This document shows positions 43,053 through 54,821 of a stretch of 64,000 bases of DNA, in pieces. Position numbers and translations under genes: made by a program. The notes under the pieces are model-generated. The model ran no database searches and was not told the DNA's origin. It worked only from the letters and a program-made list of their open reading frames with translations. Each line of letters starts with the position of its first letter. Within the stretch, counting starts at the first letter, position 1. This DNA is from Gammaproteobacteria bacterium (GTDB lineage: Bacteria; Pseudomonadota; Gammaproteobacteria; JBCCGL01), in NCBI GenBank assembly GCA_965277715.1, contig OZ255836.1, positions 1,440,001 to 1,504,000 of the forward strand, given 5' to 3'.

Positions 43053-44003
43053 TTACTTGGGGTGCCGAAGGCGTGGATTGGAGAGTATCGAGGCGATATC
43101 CGCAGCGAGGATTAAAATGACATACGTACCACAAAAAATCATTGCACACGCCTGAACCAGGGGTAAATCTCGCGTTTGCACACCATCGATCATCAGTTTT
43201 GCCAACCCAGGGTAGGCAAATATAGTCTCAACGATCACTACACCACTGACCAGATAGGCAAGATTTAAAGCAATAACATTAACAATAGGGCCGATAGCAT
43301 TAAAAAAGGCGTGGCGCAAAATAATCCTTCTTCTCGGTACGCCCTTTAAAATCGCCATTTCAATATAAGGTGAATTCATTACATTGAGAATACCGGCCCG
43401 CGTCATACGTATCATCTGTGCCGACACCACAATTACCAGGGTAATCAATGGCATTGCCAGTGCCCGAAGCAGTTCCAAAAATGATTCATCACCTCGTAGA
43501 TAAGCCGTTGAGGGTAACCAGTGCAACTCAACGGCCAAAATCAACACCAATACGGTGGCAATAAAAAACTCAGGTACAGATATTGTACTTAATGTACCGA
43601 AGGTGACGGTTCTGTCCAGCCATGTCCCTGGGTGCATAGCCGCCCATAGACCCAGAGTAATTGAAATAGGGATGGAAATGAGTGCCACCAGCCCGGCCAT
43701 CGTCATGGTATTACCCATGCGACCACTTATCAGGCTTTCTATCGTGGCGCCACCGGCCTTGGAAATTCCCAAATCACCGCTGGCCATATTGCCAAGCCAA
43801 AGAAAGTAACGCACATAACCAGGTTTATCTATGCCTAGCTCTGCGCGTAGCGCGGCTAGTGTCTCGGGTGTTGCGCTTTGCCCAAGAATAATTTGTGCTA
43901 CATCGCCGGGGAGAATACTGGTTGCCAGAAAGACAATCACTGAAACCACAATCAGCGTAGCAAAGCCAATCATAATCCGGTGCAGAACCATTTGCATCAT
44001 CAT
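43053..44003 (-). CDS. Dpp/Opp-type ABC permease (DppB-like)
   Basis: LPGD, YIEMAILKG, VETIFAYPGL, RDLPLVQ. Confidence 0.92.
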   Translation of the reverse strand: MMMQMVLHRIMIGFATLIVVSVIVFLATSILPGDVAQIILGQSATPETLAALRAELGIDKPGYVRYFLWLGNMASGDLGISKAGGATIESLISGRMGNTMTMAGLVALISIPISITLGLWAAMHPGTWLDRTVTFGTLSTISVPEFFIATVLVLILAVELHWLPSTAYLRGDESFLELLRALAMPLITLVIVVSAQMIRMTRAGILNVMNSPYIEMAILKGVPRRRIILRHAFFNAIGPIVNVIALNLAYLVSGVVIVETIFAYPGLAKLMIDGVQTRDLPLVQACAMIFCGTYVILILAADIASILSNPRLRHPK

Positions 44004-44124
44004 AAACTGTGCCCTCTACTTTTCTTTTTTGTGTGTTGTACGCGACGACTGCCACGCTATATTTGTTTTTGTAGGTGAAAGGCCTACATAACACTGTATG
44101 CAGGCCACGACCCGTGGTCAGGGC

Positions 44125-45753
44125 TTATGCCAACCACATAAACTCGGGCCACTCACAAGCACCCAACTGGCCCAGAGGCACTGTAGGCATACCCATGACA
44201 TTGTTCGCAATACCATCGTTGATATTGGAGAACGCCGGTATCACCATGCCACTGTGTTCGTGAATCAGCATTTGCATTTCACAATACATATCGTGGCGTT
44301 TAGCTGGGTCAGTTTCCGACAGTGACAACTTGAGCAGTTCACCCATGCGGTCATTGTTCCAATAGGTATCATTCCAGGAAGCACCCGGCGCAAACTGGAT
44401 AGCCATCTGTGAATTTGCGGTTGGGCGCATATTCCAGGTGACCACGTTCAATGGCTCATTCATCCATACCGCACCCCAGTAACCATCGGTAGGTACTTTC
44501 TTCAATTTTAAGTCAAAACCAATCTTGGCGCAGTTGGCCTGTGCCAGCAGTACGGCATCTTCGATACCAGGGGTTACCGGGGCAACAAACAATTCGGCTG
44601 AACTGTAACCCGATTTCTCGAAATAAAATTTGGCCTTATCTGGATCGAAACCGCGTTGTGGCAATTCACTGCAAAAGTCCGGGCCGTGGGCTGCCATAAT
44701 CGGCGTATCATTACCGATAGAACCTTTGCCCTTGAGCACGCGCTTTACAATGCGTTCGCGATCCTGAATATACTGCATGCCCTTGACAAAATCGTCGTTG
44801 TCACCGGGTGCCGCGTTCTTCAGGCAGCAAATGCCCAGTTGTAATGCAGCCGGTGTCGACAATAAGGTAACACCATCGGCAGACTCTATTTGGCGAAATG
44901 CCTTGGGGTCGATTGAGGTAGCGAGCTGTATATCGCCGGCAAGCAGGGCATTGACCCGGGCAACGGGGTCAGTAATGGCAGTAATTTCAATCGCATCCAG
45001 GTTACCCCCTTCACGCCAGTAGTTTTCATTGCGTTTGTGAACTGATTTCACACCCGGTTCAAATGACTCCATAGTATATGGGCCAGTACCATTACCCTCA
45101 CCTTTGGTGCCATTTTTAATGATTTTGGTCTGAAACAGGCCCAGCAGCGTTGGCAGATCTGCGTTAGAAGTGTTCATGATTGCTTTCACTTCGTGGGAAC
45201 CCACTTTTTTCCACTCTTCCACTGAAGCGAGTACCGATTTGATGACCGACGTAGAGTCTTCACCCAGATGGCGGCTCATGCTGTAAACCACATCATCAGC
45301 AGTTAGGGGTGAACCATCGTGAAATTCGACACCCTTGCGGATCTTGAAGGTCCATTCAGAGGCGTCTGAATTGGGTTCAAATGATTCAGCCAGCTCGGGC
45401 TGGGGCACCAAATCATTCGAGTGCTGAATCAGGCTGTTATACGTTGCGCGGCCACGCGTGTAGTCGATCGTCGAGGTAAACAATATTGGGTCGAGTTGGT
45501 CATCTGGACCGTGGAGGTTAGATGCCATTCTGACTGTGCCGCCCTTTTTGGGTGTCGACGCCATAACACTACCGGCCTGGGTAAATAAATGGCCCGCCGT
45601 CGCTGCAGTGACACCACCGGCCACCATCCAAGTCAGGGCCTCACGACGGCTCATGCCACGATTCATTGCTTTTAGCAAAAAATTGCGGTCTTTGCTGTCG
45701 AGCATATCAATATCACACGCATCAGAATGGGGTATTGTTGGTTTATCTTGCAT
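44125..45753 (-). CDS. family 5 substrate-binding protein with Tat signal
   Basis: SRREAL twin-arginine motif, PELAES, GVEFHDG, GTGPY. Confidence 0.9.
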   Translation of the reverse strand: MQDKPTIPHSDACDIDMLDSKDRNFLLKAMNRGMSRREALTWMVAGGVTAATAGHLFTQAGSVMASTPKKGGTVRMASNLHGPDDQLDPILFTSTIDYTRGRATYNSLIQHSNDLVPQPELAESFEPNSDASEWTFKIRKGVEFHDGSPLTADDVVYSMSRHLGEDSTSVIKSVLASVEEWKKVGSHEVKAIMNTSNADLPTLLGLFQTKIIKNGTKGEGNGTGPYTMESFEPGVKSVHKRNENYWREGGNLDAIEITAITDPVARVNALLAGDIQLATSIDPKAFRQIESADGVTLLSTPAALQLGICCLKNAAPGDNDDFVKGMQYIQDRERIVKRVLKGKGSIGNDTPIMAAHGPDFCSELPQRGFDPDKAKFYFEKSGYSSAELFVAPVTPGIEDAVLLAQANCAKIGFDLKLKKVPTDGYWGAVWMNEPLNVVTWNMRPTANSQMAIQFAPGASWNDTYWNNDRMGELLKLSLSETDPAKRHDMYCEMQMLIHEHSGMVIPAFSNINDGIANNVMGMPTVPLGQLGACEWPEFMWLA

Positions 45754-46365
45754 GGAATTCCTCCTGCTTTATTAAAAAATAGTATGTTACAGAATTTATG
45801 TGTGGAATGATCATTTCAACACATAATAAGAAGTTATTAGGTAGAGACCCGAGCTTCAAGAACACATCCTTATCCAATCCGGGTATTTTATCAACTTTAA
45901 TTTCATGGCGAGCACAATAAGCTATAAACAACTACAACACAGGCGACATGAGTTAGTTAGTTAGCGTCTTAGTGAAACACCATTCATACACGAATAGCCA
46001 ACTACCTGTATCCGGCAGGCTTTGCAATACAACGATCTGATCTAAACGATATGCCAATTAGTGAGATCGCGGGGGAGGAGGGCTAAGTGAAATTTGCAGG
46101 TTCGCATTTTCATTGAAGTTGCTGGAGATTAGTGGTTGACCACCATCCTCGGTATCGAGGGTATACCCTGATTATTCACTCGTACACCGTGTATCTTATA
46201 TTGTCGGGTTCAGTTAGCCCACAAGCGTGCCAGAGCAAGACGTTTTTGCGCATAACAGAGAATCTGAACCCGATCACACTATAGTTTTTCCTTATATTGT
46301 CTTTATAGTAAGGTGATAAGCCAGAAGCGCGATGAATTCGCGCTTCTACACATCTCAATGCCGCC

Positions 46366-47724
46366 TTATATATTAGTGTATTGTTCCAGGTTCAATGACA
46401 GCAATAAAGTGCCTGCCAGACGGTTGATTCTCGCTTCCAGTAGATGCTGCTGATAAAGCGTATCCACCTCCTGAAGCTGTGCTGTGTATTTCTCATTTGT
46501 TGCACTCAGCAAATCCAGGAGGGTACGCCTACCTGCGTTAAACTGTTGACTGTAAGCTTTAACCGTTTCTGCCGTTTCAAGGGCATAGTTTCTCAATGGT
46601 GGTAATGTGGCTTTTGTCGCAGCCTGGCTTTTTATCATCGATTTTATTTGTTCACGCAAACCCTGGGCCAGGTCCCGAATATCCAAACGAGCCGATGTAG
46701 CAGCAGAAGCCGATGAACGGTAACGGTATACATCACCACCACCCAACTCCAGATCGTAGCGAAGCCGTAGGGTTAACAGATAATTTGTATCAAAAGCCTC
46801 ACGGACAAAACTGTCATACTCTGAATCACCTTCTTCATAGATACGTGAACGCAATTCAAGATCTATTTGTGGAAACAGTTCAGATCTGGCCACCTCTCTC
46901 TGTGCCGACAGTGCATCAGCGCGTGCACCGGCTTCCTGTAAACCCCAGTTCTGCTCAATGGATGCTTCACCTTCCGTATTGACACCGGAAACCGACCAGC
47001 CTTCAGGCCACCCCGACACCTCTACCTCCATGCCTGTCAACTCGCTATAAATCGCCTTTGCCGAGGCTAGTTGACCAATCGTTTGTTCCAGTTGCGACAA
47101 AATGAAAGCAACACGAGCACTAGCCTGCGCGATATCAGAGCGACGATCAAGACCCTGTCTGGCGCGCTCGATAACGCCATCTCTGAGTACTCTATGCTCT
47201 TCATAGTTTCTCGACAAAATGCCAACACGGTGATGCGCTCTTAGTATATTGAGATACGCCTCCACAACCCGAAGAGCCAACGCTTCGTATAAATTCACCC
47301 GGCGATATTTATCAGCCAGTATATTCTCTCTCGCACTTTCCAGTCCCTCCTGTGTGGAAAAACCGGCAAATAGATTCTGTGTCAGAATAAGATCAACAGT
47401 ACCGCCCTGATAATCAAATTGATTGGGTGCATTGAGCGCATTGTTGCGCCCGCTTACCAATTCATCCTCCCCCCAGTTGTAACGCGCATCAACCGAAAAT
47501 GTCGGCGCGTAAGCTGAACGGGCTACTTTGTAGTTGTTTTGAGCGGCACGCACCGTTTCTTCAGCCGATTTAGCACTCGGATGTGCTTTGAGCACCGCCT
47601 CTGTCGCCGCTGATAGTACACTCACTCCCGAGAGGGTTTCGGCACCTGCCGACAAAATTACGCCACAAGATAACCCTATGCCTATGACATTAAGCCATAA
47701 TTTTTTTAAATTTATCTGGCACAT
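46366..47724 (-). CDS. TolC-family outer membrane protein (LapE/AggA-like)
   Basis: Signal peptide, YLNIL, QFNAGRRTLLDLL; GAGG upstream of the ATG at 47724. Confidence 0.85.
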   Translation of the reverse strand: MCQINLKKLWLNVIGIGLSCGVILSAGAETLSGVSVLSAATEAVLKAHPSAKSAEETVRAAQNNYKVARSAYAPTFSVDARYNWGEDELVSGRNNALNAPNQFDYQGGTVDLILTQNLFAGFSTQEGLESARENILADKYRRVNLYEALALRVVEAYLNILRAHHRVGILSRNYEEHRVLRDGVIERARQGLDRRSDIAQASARVAFILSQLEQTIGQLASAKAIYSELTGMEVEVSGWPEGWSVSGVNTEGEASIEQNWGLQEAGARADALSAQREVARSELFPQIDLELRSRIYEEGDSEYDSFVREAFDTNYLLTLRLRYDLELGGGDVYRYRSSASAATSARLDIRDLAQGLREQIKSMIKSQAATKATLPPLRNYALETAETVKAYSQQFNAGRRTLLDLLSATNEKYTAQLQEVDTLYQQHLLEARINRLAGTLLLSLNLEQYTNI

Positions 47725-48061
47725 ATGCCCTTTTTCCTCATTGTTATACATAGCTACAAGCCCTAACTCAACACACCGATATACAACCAATTATAACTGC
47801 ATCGCATAGTTTAGCGCTGCCAGAACAGCGATGTAAATAGAACCTAGCACAATTTGTGATAAGACTCGCAAGCTACTCTGTACCAATACTCGATATAACC
47901 GCCCGCACAGTATACTTTAAAAAAACACGAATACTCTATGAATCAATGCATTAAAACACCAATAAAAACAGCAAAACTCAGAACCTACGAGCAAACGCCG
48001 CCTTGAATCATTATCTAAAATAGTTCAGAAAAATCGCCAGTGCAGGCACGGGCCGATAAAA

Positions 48062-49279
48062 CTACCGCTCCCGCAAAGCGCGCTGTTGTGCTTTTAAAAG
48101 TGGTTTCAACACATAATCCAATACACTTTTCTTCCCTGTTTTAATATCCACCTCGGTGACCATCCCAGGGATAATCGTTAGGTTTTCGCCATTTTTTCCA
48201 ATCAGGCGCGAATTATTTGTTTTAATTTGAACAGCATAGTACACATTCTCTGGTTGCTGTTTGTCTTGAAATGTGTCTGGGCTTATATGCACCAATTCGC
48301 CTTTCAGCCCACCATAAATGGAGAAATCATAAGCCGTTACTTTAACGGTAACGGGTTGACCAGGGCTCAGAAATGCAATATCAGATGGTCGTATTTTCGC
48401 TTCAACCAATAGCGATTCGTCGGCAGGTACAATTTCCATAATAGCAATACCTGGCTGAATCACACCGCCCAAGGTGGTGATTTGAATATTTTTGATCGTG
48501 CCGCGCATAGGTGAATAAATTGTCGAACGGTTCACCGTATCCTTACGGGCAACAATTATTTCTTTTAAAGCCAGCAGTTCATTTTGTTTAGCCGTTAGCT
48601 CTGCTGTGACTTCTGAATAATACTGATTGCGCCGTTCATCGACTTCTGATTTCAGTTGGTTTTCCTCTCTTCTAAGGCGTAAGAACTCGATCTCTGATAC
48701 CAACCCTTGTTTTACCAGTGGCTCTGTCATCGAAAGTTCAGAGCGTGCCAATGCCAAACTGCGCTTGAGCGATGCCAGTTTGCTGTCCAGTTGGCGACGA
48801 CGTGATGTGTATAAAGCCTTTTCTTGCTCCACAACTTCCGGGGCACTCCTGATGAGTGCTTTGTCAAAAGACGGTTTTTTACCCTCAAGCTCAGCTCGCA
48901 GGCGAATGACCGCTGCGTTTAGAGCAAATGACTTCTGCTCCTCTTCTTTAAGTACAGCGTTGCTGATGGTGTCATCGATATTAAGTAACACCTGCCCTTT
49001 TTCGACTATATCGCCTTCGGTTACATGTAAAGCCGATAATATTCCGCCTTCCAGGCTTTGGATAACCTGCTCTTTACTGATCGGTATGACCTTGCCACTA
49101 CCGCGCACCACTTCATCAATTTCTGCCGCTCTAGCCCAAAAAAAGGCAGCAACCAAAAAACCGATCAGGATAAGCAGCACAAGGTGTCCATAAACAGAAC
49201 GCTCTGAAACTAAGGCCGCATTGACATCACTAACAAACAGTAGGTCACGTTTTTTCAAAAAAGCATCTTTATTAGACAT
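48062..49279 (-). CDS. HlyD-family T1SS membrane fusion protein (LapC-like)
   Basis: IQSLEGGI, SPMRG, AYDFSIYG, PGMVTEVDIKTGKKSVLDY. Confidence 0.93.
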   Translation of the reverse strand: MSNKDAFLKKRDLLFVSDVNAALVSERSVYGHLVLLILIGFLVAAFFWARAAEIDEVVRGSGKVIPISKEQVIQSLEGGILSALHVTEGDIVEKGQVLLNIDDTISNAVLKEEEQKSFALNAAVIRLRAELEGKKPSFDKALIRSAPEVVEQEKALYTSRRRQLDSKLASLKRSLALARSELSMTEPLVKQGLVSEIEFLRLRREENQLKSEVDERRNQYYSEVTAELTAKQNELLALKEIIVARKDTVNRSTIYSPMRGTIKNIQITTLGGVIQPGIAIMEIVPADESLLVEAKIRPSDIAFLSPGQPVTVKVTAYDFSIYGGLKGELVHISPDTFQDKQQPENVYYAVQIKTNNSRLIGKNGENLTIIPGMVTEVDIKTGKKSVLDYVLKPLLKAQQRALRER

Positions 49280-51491
49280 GTGAATTCACCTCTGCACCTG
49301 TATCAATGCCTTTGCTCAATGCTTCCAGTACTTTGTTTTTAGGCCCATCTATCATGACCTTGCCCTGCTCGATAACAATCAGCCGGTTAACCAGTTTCAA
49401 TAATGCCGGTTTGTGGGTTATCAGTAAAAGTGTTTTATCTTTTAACTCTTGCTCCATTGCACTGACAAATAATCTCTCCGTATTAAAATCCATGGAACCT
49501 GTAGGTTCATCAAATAGAACGACATTGCCTCCGTCCAGTAGTGCCCGCGCTACAGCAACAGCTTGTCGTTGCCCGCCGGACAAACCTCGCCCCTGCTCAC
49601 CAACAGGCAGGTCAATTCCCAGTGGATGCTGGGCAATCAAGCTATTTAAGCCCACCATGCTGATAATAGAAAGCAGGCGCTCATCATCCAGTTGAGGTGA
49701 GCTAATCAGTAAATTCTGCCGCAGTGTCCCGTGAAATAGGGGAGAATCCTGTTCTATATAGATCAGGTTACGGCGCAGGTCAGCGGGGTCAATCTGATTG
49801 ACCTCGGTGCCATCCATCAAAACCTGACCACTGTTAGCACTGTAAAATCCCGCTATCAACGCCAATGCAGTAGTTTTACCTGTACCAACACGGCCAATAA
49901 TACCAATTTTCTCCCCTTGTCTAACTCTTAAGTTAAAGTCTTTAAGTACAAACCCTGTATCCTGTTCATACTGAAAGCACACATCCTTAAAGTGAATATT
50001 ACCCTGCAATACGGGGCGATTCAGGTAGTGCTTGCCACGACTGCGTTCGGTATCTGCCTGCATAATCGCATTCAGGGAGCTGTAAGATAATTTCGCTTGT
50101 TGATAACGCACGAATAAATTGCCTATCTGGGTTATCGGCGCGGCTACCCGACCCGATAATATAGAGCAGGCAATCAAACCACCCAGGGTTAAATTACCCT
50201 CGATAATCAAATATACTCCGAGCACAACAATAGCCACGGTAACCAGCTGCACAATCAATTGATAGGTAGTCGTGACAAACGATGTCAACTGCCGCACTGT
50301 CGCCATCGACTCGCCCGCGTAAGCCACACTCTCCTCCCAGCGTTTTTGCATCCAGCCTTCGGCGCGCATAGTGCGCAAGGAGTTAATCCCTTCAATGCTT
50401 TCTATCAAAATACCGTGGCGCACAGCGCTCTCATTCATAAAGCGCGACATCAAACGGGACTGTGGTATTTGCGCAATTAACCCAATCGCTAGCATCACAC
50501 CCATTGCCGTCAATGGGATCCAGGCAATTGGCCCGCCAATCAAACTGATTATCCAGATAAAAAAGAAAGCAAAAGGCAGGTCAGACAATACTGTGGTGGT
50601 CGCTGAGGTCATAAATTCCCGCAGGCTGTCCAGGTCTCGCATTTGGTTTGCCATAACACCTGTGGAGGCAGGCCGGTTTATCAGTTTCATGCCCATCACA
50701 TGAGCGAATACCTGGCTGCTGAGCAGTAAGTCGACTTTTTTCGCGGCCTGATCCAGTAGGCGGGCGCGTATCAGCTTTAGCAGAAAGTCAAATCCGTAGA
50801 TAATCATTACCCCTATGGCCAATACCCACAGTGTCTCCAGCGCGTTATTGGGCACTACGCGGTCGTAGACATTCAGCACAAACATCGACCCAGCCAGGGC
50901 AAACAGATTGACCAGCACTGTCGCCATAATCACCTGTATGTAAACAGATTTAAAGCGCCAGACCATGCTCCAAAACCAGTGCCCGGACGTTTCTACCGGT
51001 ATTATTTGATCCGCTCGATTGTCACTTTTTCTGCGTTGGCGACAGAAACAACATTCGCCTATGTAAATCGAATCAAGCTCGCGCTGGGTAAGCACAACCT
51101 CACCATCACCCGTTTCAGGATACAACACCCTGGCCTTGCCCCCACCGTATTGCAACAAAATACAATGCCGGTTGTCTTTGAGGCTGAGTACCACCGGCAT
51201 AACTTGCGCCGATATGTTTTTAATTGCACGTTTTTCCCATCGCGCAAAAAAACCGGCACTTTCTGCCGCACGCAAAAACAGGTTTTTGGTCAGTGGCTGA
51301 TTGCCATGCGGCAACCCGGATTTAAGGGCTTCCGGGGAACGTGGGCTTTGTGATAACTCCGTGAGCAATACCAGGCAATCGAGTAAGTCATCACGCTGTG
51401 GGCTGGGCTTAGCATCGCTTGGAGGGTTACCCTTGGCAACAGGATTCAGCTCTGGCACATCATCTAATCTGGGCATATCTAATTTAGACAT
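49272..51491 (-). CDS. type I secretion permease/ATPase (LapB-like)
   Basis: C39-like N-domain, HWFW, NVYDRVVPN, GRVGTGKT, LSGGQRQ, DEPT. Confidence 0.93.
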   Translation of the reverse strand: MSKLDMPRLDDVPELNPVAKGNPPSDAKPSPQRDDLLDCLVLLTELSQSPRSPEALKSGLPHGNQPLTKNLFLRAAESAGFFARWEKRAIKNISAQVMPVVLSLKDNRHCILLQYGGGKARVLYPETGDGEVVLTQRELDSIYIGECCFCRQRRKSDNRADQIIPVETSGHWFWSMVWRFKSVYIQVIMATVLVNLFALAGSMFVLNVYDRVVPNNALETLWVLAIGVMIIYGFDFLLKLIRARLLDQAAKKVDLLLSSQVFAHVMGMKLINRPASTGVMANQMRDLDSLREFMTSATTTVLSDLPFAFFFIWIISLIGGPIAWIPLTAMGVMLAIGLIAQIPQSRLMSRFMNESAVRHGILIESIEGINSLRTMRAEGWMQKRWEESVAYAGESMATVRQLTSFVTTTYQLIVQLVTVAIVVLGVYLIIEGNLTLGGLIACSILSGRVAAPITQIGNLFVRYQQAKLSYSSLNAIMQADTERSRGKHYLNRPVLQGNIHFKDVCFQYEQDTGFVLKDFNLRVRQGEKIGIIGRVGTGKTTALALIAGFYSANSGQVLMDGTEVNQIDPADLRRNLIYIEQDSPLFHGTLRQNLLISSPQLDDERLLSIISMVGLNSLIAQHPLGIDLPVGEQGRGLSGGQRQAVAVARALLDGGNVVLFDEPTGSMDFNTERLFVSAMEQELKDKTLLLITHKPALLKLVNRLIVIEQGKVMIDGPKNKVLEALSKGIDTGAEVNSHV

Positions 51492-51710
51492 ATGGTCTCC
51501 ACAACCAGCAACACGATTAAACTAACTTAACACTACCTGCACACACGCTATTTAAGTACGGTGCAAACCGGTTCAAACTGTAAAAAAACAAATTGGACAA
51601 TCACTAAAAAGGCTTTTAAGTAAAATTGCCCCTAACAATCCTCCCTCTATGCTTTGGCTATTGTGCCTGTCATAGCGATATGGCAAAGCGATAAAGGTCT
51701 CATATTTCAA

Positions 51711-52229
51711 TTATTTATCGGCCAATGGTACCGGGCAATCGGCATAGCGCGCCATAATCAGTGCATCTTCCTTGCCATTGTTACGCCTGCCATCGCGGTA
51801 TTTTCCCACCTGGCGTGTACGGTAGTACCCTTTGCGAACCCCCACTTCGTTAAAACCCTCACGCGTGTATAAATTTATCGCGCCTTGATTTGAAGCGCGC
51901 ACTTCGAGGTACACTGTATCGGCACCTCTATCTTCCATAGCATAAAACAGCTCCTGCAGCAGTTGGCATGCATACCCCATTCGACGTTGCGTTGACTCAA
52001 CGCACAGATTGAGTATATGTGCCTCACCTGCCGCAAACTGAAAAACACCATAGGCAACAATGCGTTCGTCTACACACAGCACAATGCAGGCATAACCCGC
52101 ACGCAGGCAGTCACGAAAGACGCCCTCGCTCCACGGGTAGTCATAGCTGGCCCGTTCGAGGCGCAATACCTCTGGCAGATCCGGCTCCCGCATAGTCCGT
52201 ATCTGTGTGAGTACGTCCACCGCAATCAC
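51711..52229 (-). CDS. rimI: ribosomal protein S18 N-acetyltransferase
   Basis: YPWS, EAHILNLCV, LEVRASN, RKGYY...EDALIM; start uncertain (GTG 52229). Confidence 0.9.
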   Translation of the reverse strand: MIAVDVLTQIRTMREPDLPEVLRLERASYDYPWSEGVFRDCLRAGYACIVLCVDERIVAYGVFQFAAGEAHILNLCVESTQRRMGYACQLLQELFYAMEDRGADTVYLEVRASNQGAINLYTREGFNEVGVRKGYYRTRQVGKYRDGRRNNGKEDALIMARYADCPVPLADK

Positions 52230-52231
52230 GC

Positions 52232-52885
52232 TTATTGCCCCAGCAGAGAACGGGCTTGCTTTAAGTCCTGCCATGCATGGCGTTTAGCGGCAGGGTTAAG
52301 CAAAAGATAAGCGGGGTGAAATGATAGAATCAGCGGGACACCAGAACAGGTCTGTGCCGCCACGTCACGTGCGACAAAATCCTCTGGCCTGGCACTCTGC
52401 GGTAGGGTACACATAAACAGGATAAGCTTGAATGACCGTTCAGCAAGCACACCGCTTATACGTTGCCGCCCGGTATCTGCCGGTGCAGTATCGGCTGACC
52501 TGGGCAACCCTACCAAAGCCACCTGGTCACGCCTGAGGTCGATGGCTTTGAGCATCGCATCGAGCAGATCCCCCGGTTCACCGGCAAACGGGCACTGCGT
52601 CTGCTCGTCTACTGGCTGCCAGTCACTGACGATCAGGAGTGTAGATGAAGGATTGTGTAGGTTTTGCTGTTGCGCTACCACCTGGTTAGCAAGCCACGCT
52701 GAAAGTGAACCCACCGACAGTTGCCAGGGTAGAATGTCAGGTGAAGGCGAAGATGCAGACAGGCTATTCGTTACACGACTTTTTTCCTGCCATAGGTCGA
52801 TGCCCATGGCATCCAGGTAGGCCGCAGAGGTGCGATTAATTGCATCGCCGCCGCCATGATGACTGCCACTATGATGGTTTACCAC
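52232..52885 (-). CDS. degenerate uracil-DNA-glycosylase-fold protein, possible HolD (psi)-like subunit
   Basis: YLDAMGIDLW N-motif, PFAGEPGDLLDAML, FHPAYLL, AKRHAWQDL; lacks GEAPG and the Fe-S Cys set. Confidence 0.65.
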   Translation of the reverse strand: MVNHHSGSHHGGGDAINRTSAAYLDAMGIDLWQEKSRVTNSLSASSPSPDILPWQLSVGSLSAWLANQVVAQQQNLHNPSSTLLIVSDWQPVDEQTQCPFAGEPGDLLDAMLKAIDLRRDQVALVGLPRSADTAPADTGRQRISGVLAERSFKLILFMCTLPQSARPEDFVARDVAAQTCSGVPLILSFHPAYLLLNPAAKRHAWQDLKQARSLLGQ

Positions 52886-53639
52886 GGTGCTCGCGTTTGC
52901 GCAGTTTGCGCCATGTACTCAGGGCCGGGCCAGAAATAGCATAGAGCACGAACCCGGCGAATATGACTTTGGGCGGGTCTATGGAGCTAAAGGCGATAAT
53001 CAATACCAGTGCTATTAATGCCATAAAGGACAAGCGTTTATAGCTGCCAATATCTTTAAAGCTGTAGTAGGCAAAATTGCTAACCATCAGGAGCGCGGCA
53101 GTGACAGTGACGATAAAGGCGATAAAAGGCAGTTGATCCCCACTGAAACCCAGGTCATCGGCCACCCATACCATACCGATAACGATAGCTGCCGCAGAGG
53201 GGCACGCCAATCCCTGAAAAAAACGCTTGTCGGAAATCCCCAGTTGCGTGTTAAAACGCGCCAATCGTAGCGCTGTACAGGCAGTGTAAAGAAACGAGGC
53301 CACCAACCCTAACTGTCCCAGGCCCAACCCACCCAGCGATTGCAACGACCATTCATAAACGATCAGGCCCGGTGCCACACCAAACGAAATGACATCGGCC
53401 AAGCTGTCAAATTCGGCACCAAAATCGCTCGATGTATTGGTGAGGCGGGCCACACGGCCATCCAGCGTATCGAGAATCATGGCAATAAAGACAGCGATAG
53501 CCGCTTTATCAAAGTGCCCATCCATCGCGGCGATAATCGCATAAAAACCAGCAAACAACGCCGAGGTGGTAAATAAATTAGGCAGCAGATAGATTGCCCG
53601 ACGACGGCGTTTGGGGGACACGCTATTTTCTTCTTTCAT
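52869..53639 (-). CDS. pssA: CDP-diacylglycerol--serine O-phosphatidyltransferase
   Basis: LPNLFT, DTLDGRVAR..FGAEFDSLAD, RLARFN. Confidence 0.93.
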   Translation of the reverse strand: MKEENSVSPKRRRRAIYLLPNLFTTSALFAGFYAIIAAMDGHFDKAAIAVFIAMILDTLDGRVARLTNTSSDFGAEFDSLADVISFGVAPGLIVYEWSLQSLGGLGLGQLGLVASFLYTACTALRLARFNTQLGISDKRFFQGLACPSAAAIVIGMVWVADDLGFSGDQLPFIAFIVTVTAALLMVSNFAYYSFKDIGSYKRLSFMALIALVLIIAFSSIDPPKVIFAGFVLYAISGPALSTWRKLRKREHRGKPS

Positions 53640-53671
53640 GAAGATATCTTAACAGTATGTTGTTCATTAAT

Positions 53672-53704
53672 GGGCCATGTCGATAGATAACGCCGACATG
53701 GCCC
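53672..53704 (-). terminator. hairpin after ilvC
   Basis: GGGCCATGTCG-N11-CGACATGGCCC. Confidence 0.6.
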
Positions 53705-53714
53705 CAGGGTAAAA

Positions 53715-54794
<1,080 letters not shown>

Positions 54795-54821
54795 TTAAAA
54801 TCCCTGCCCCAATGCAGCGGC

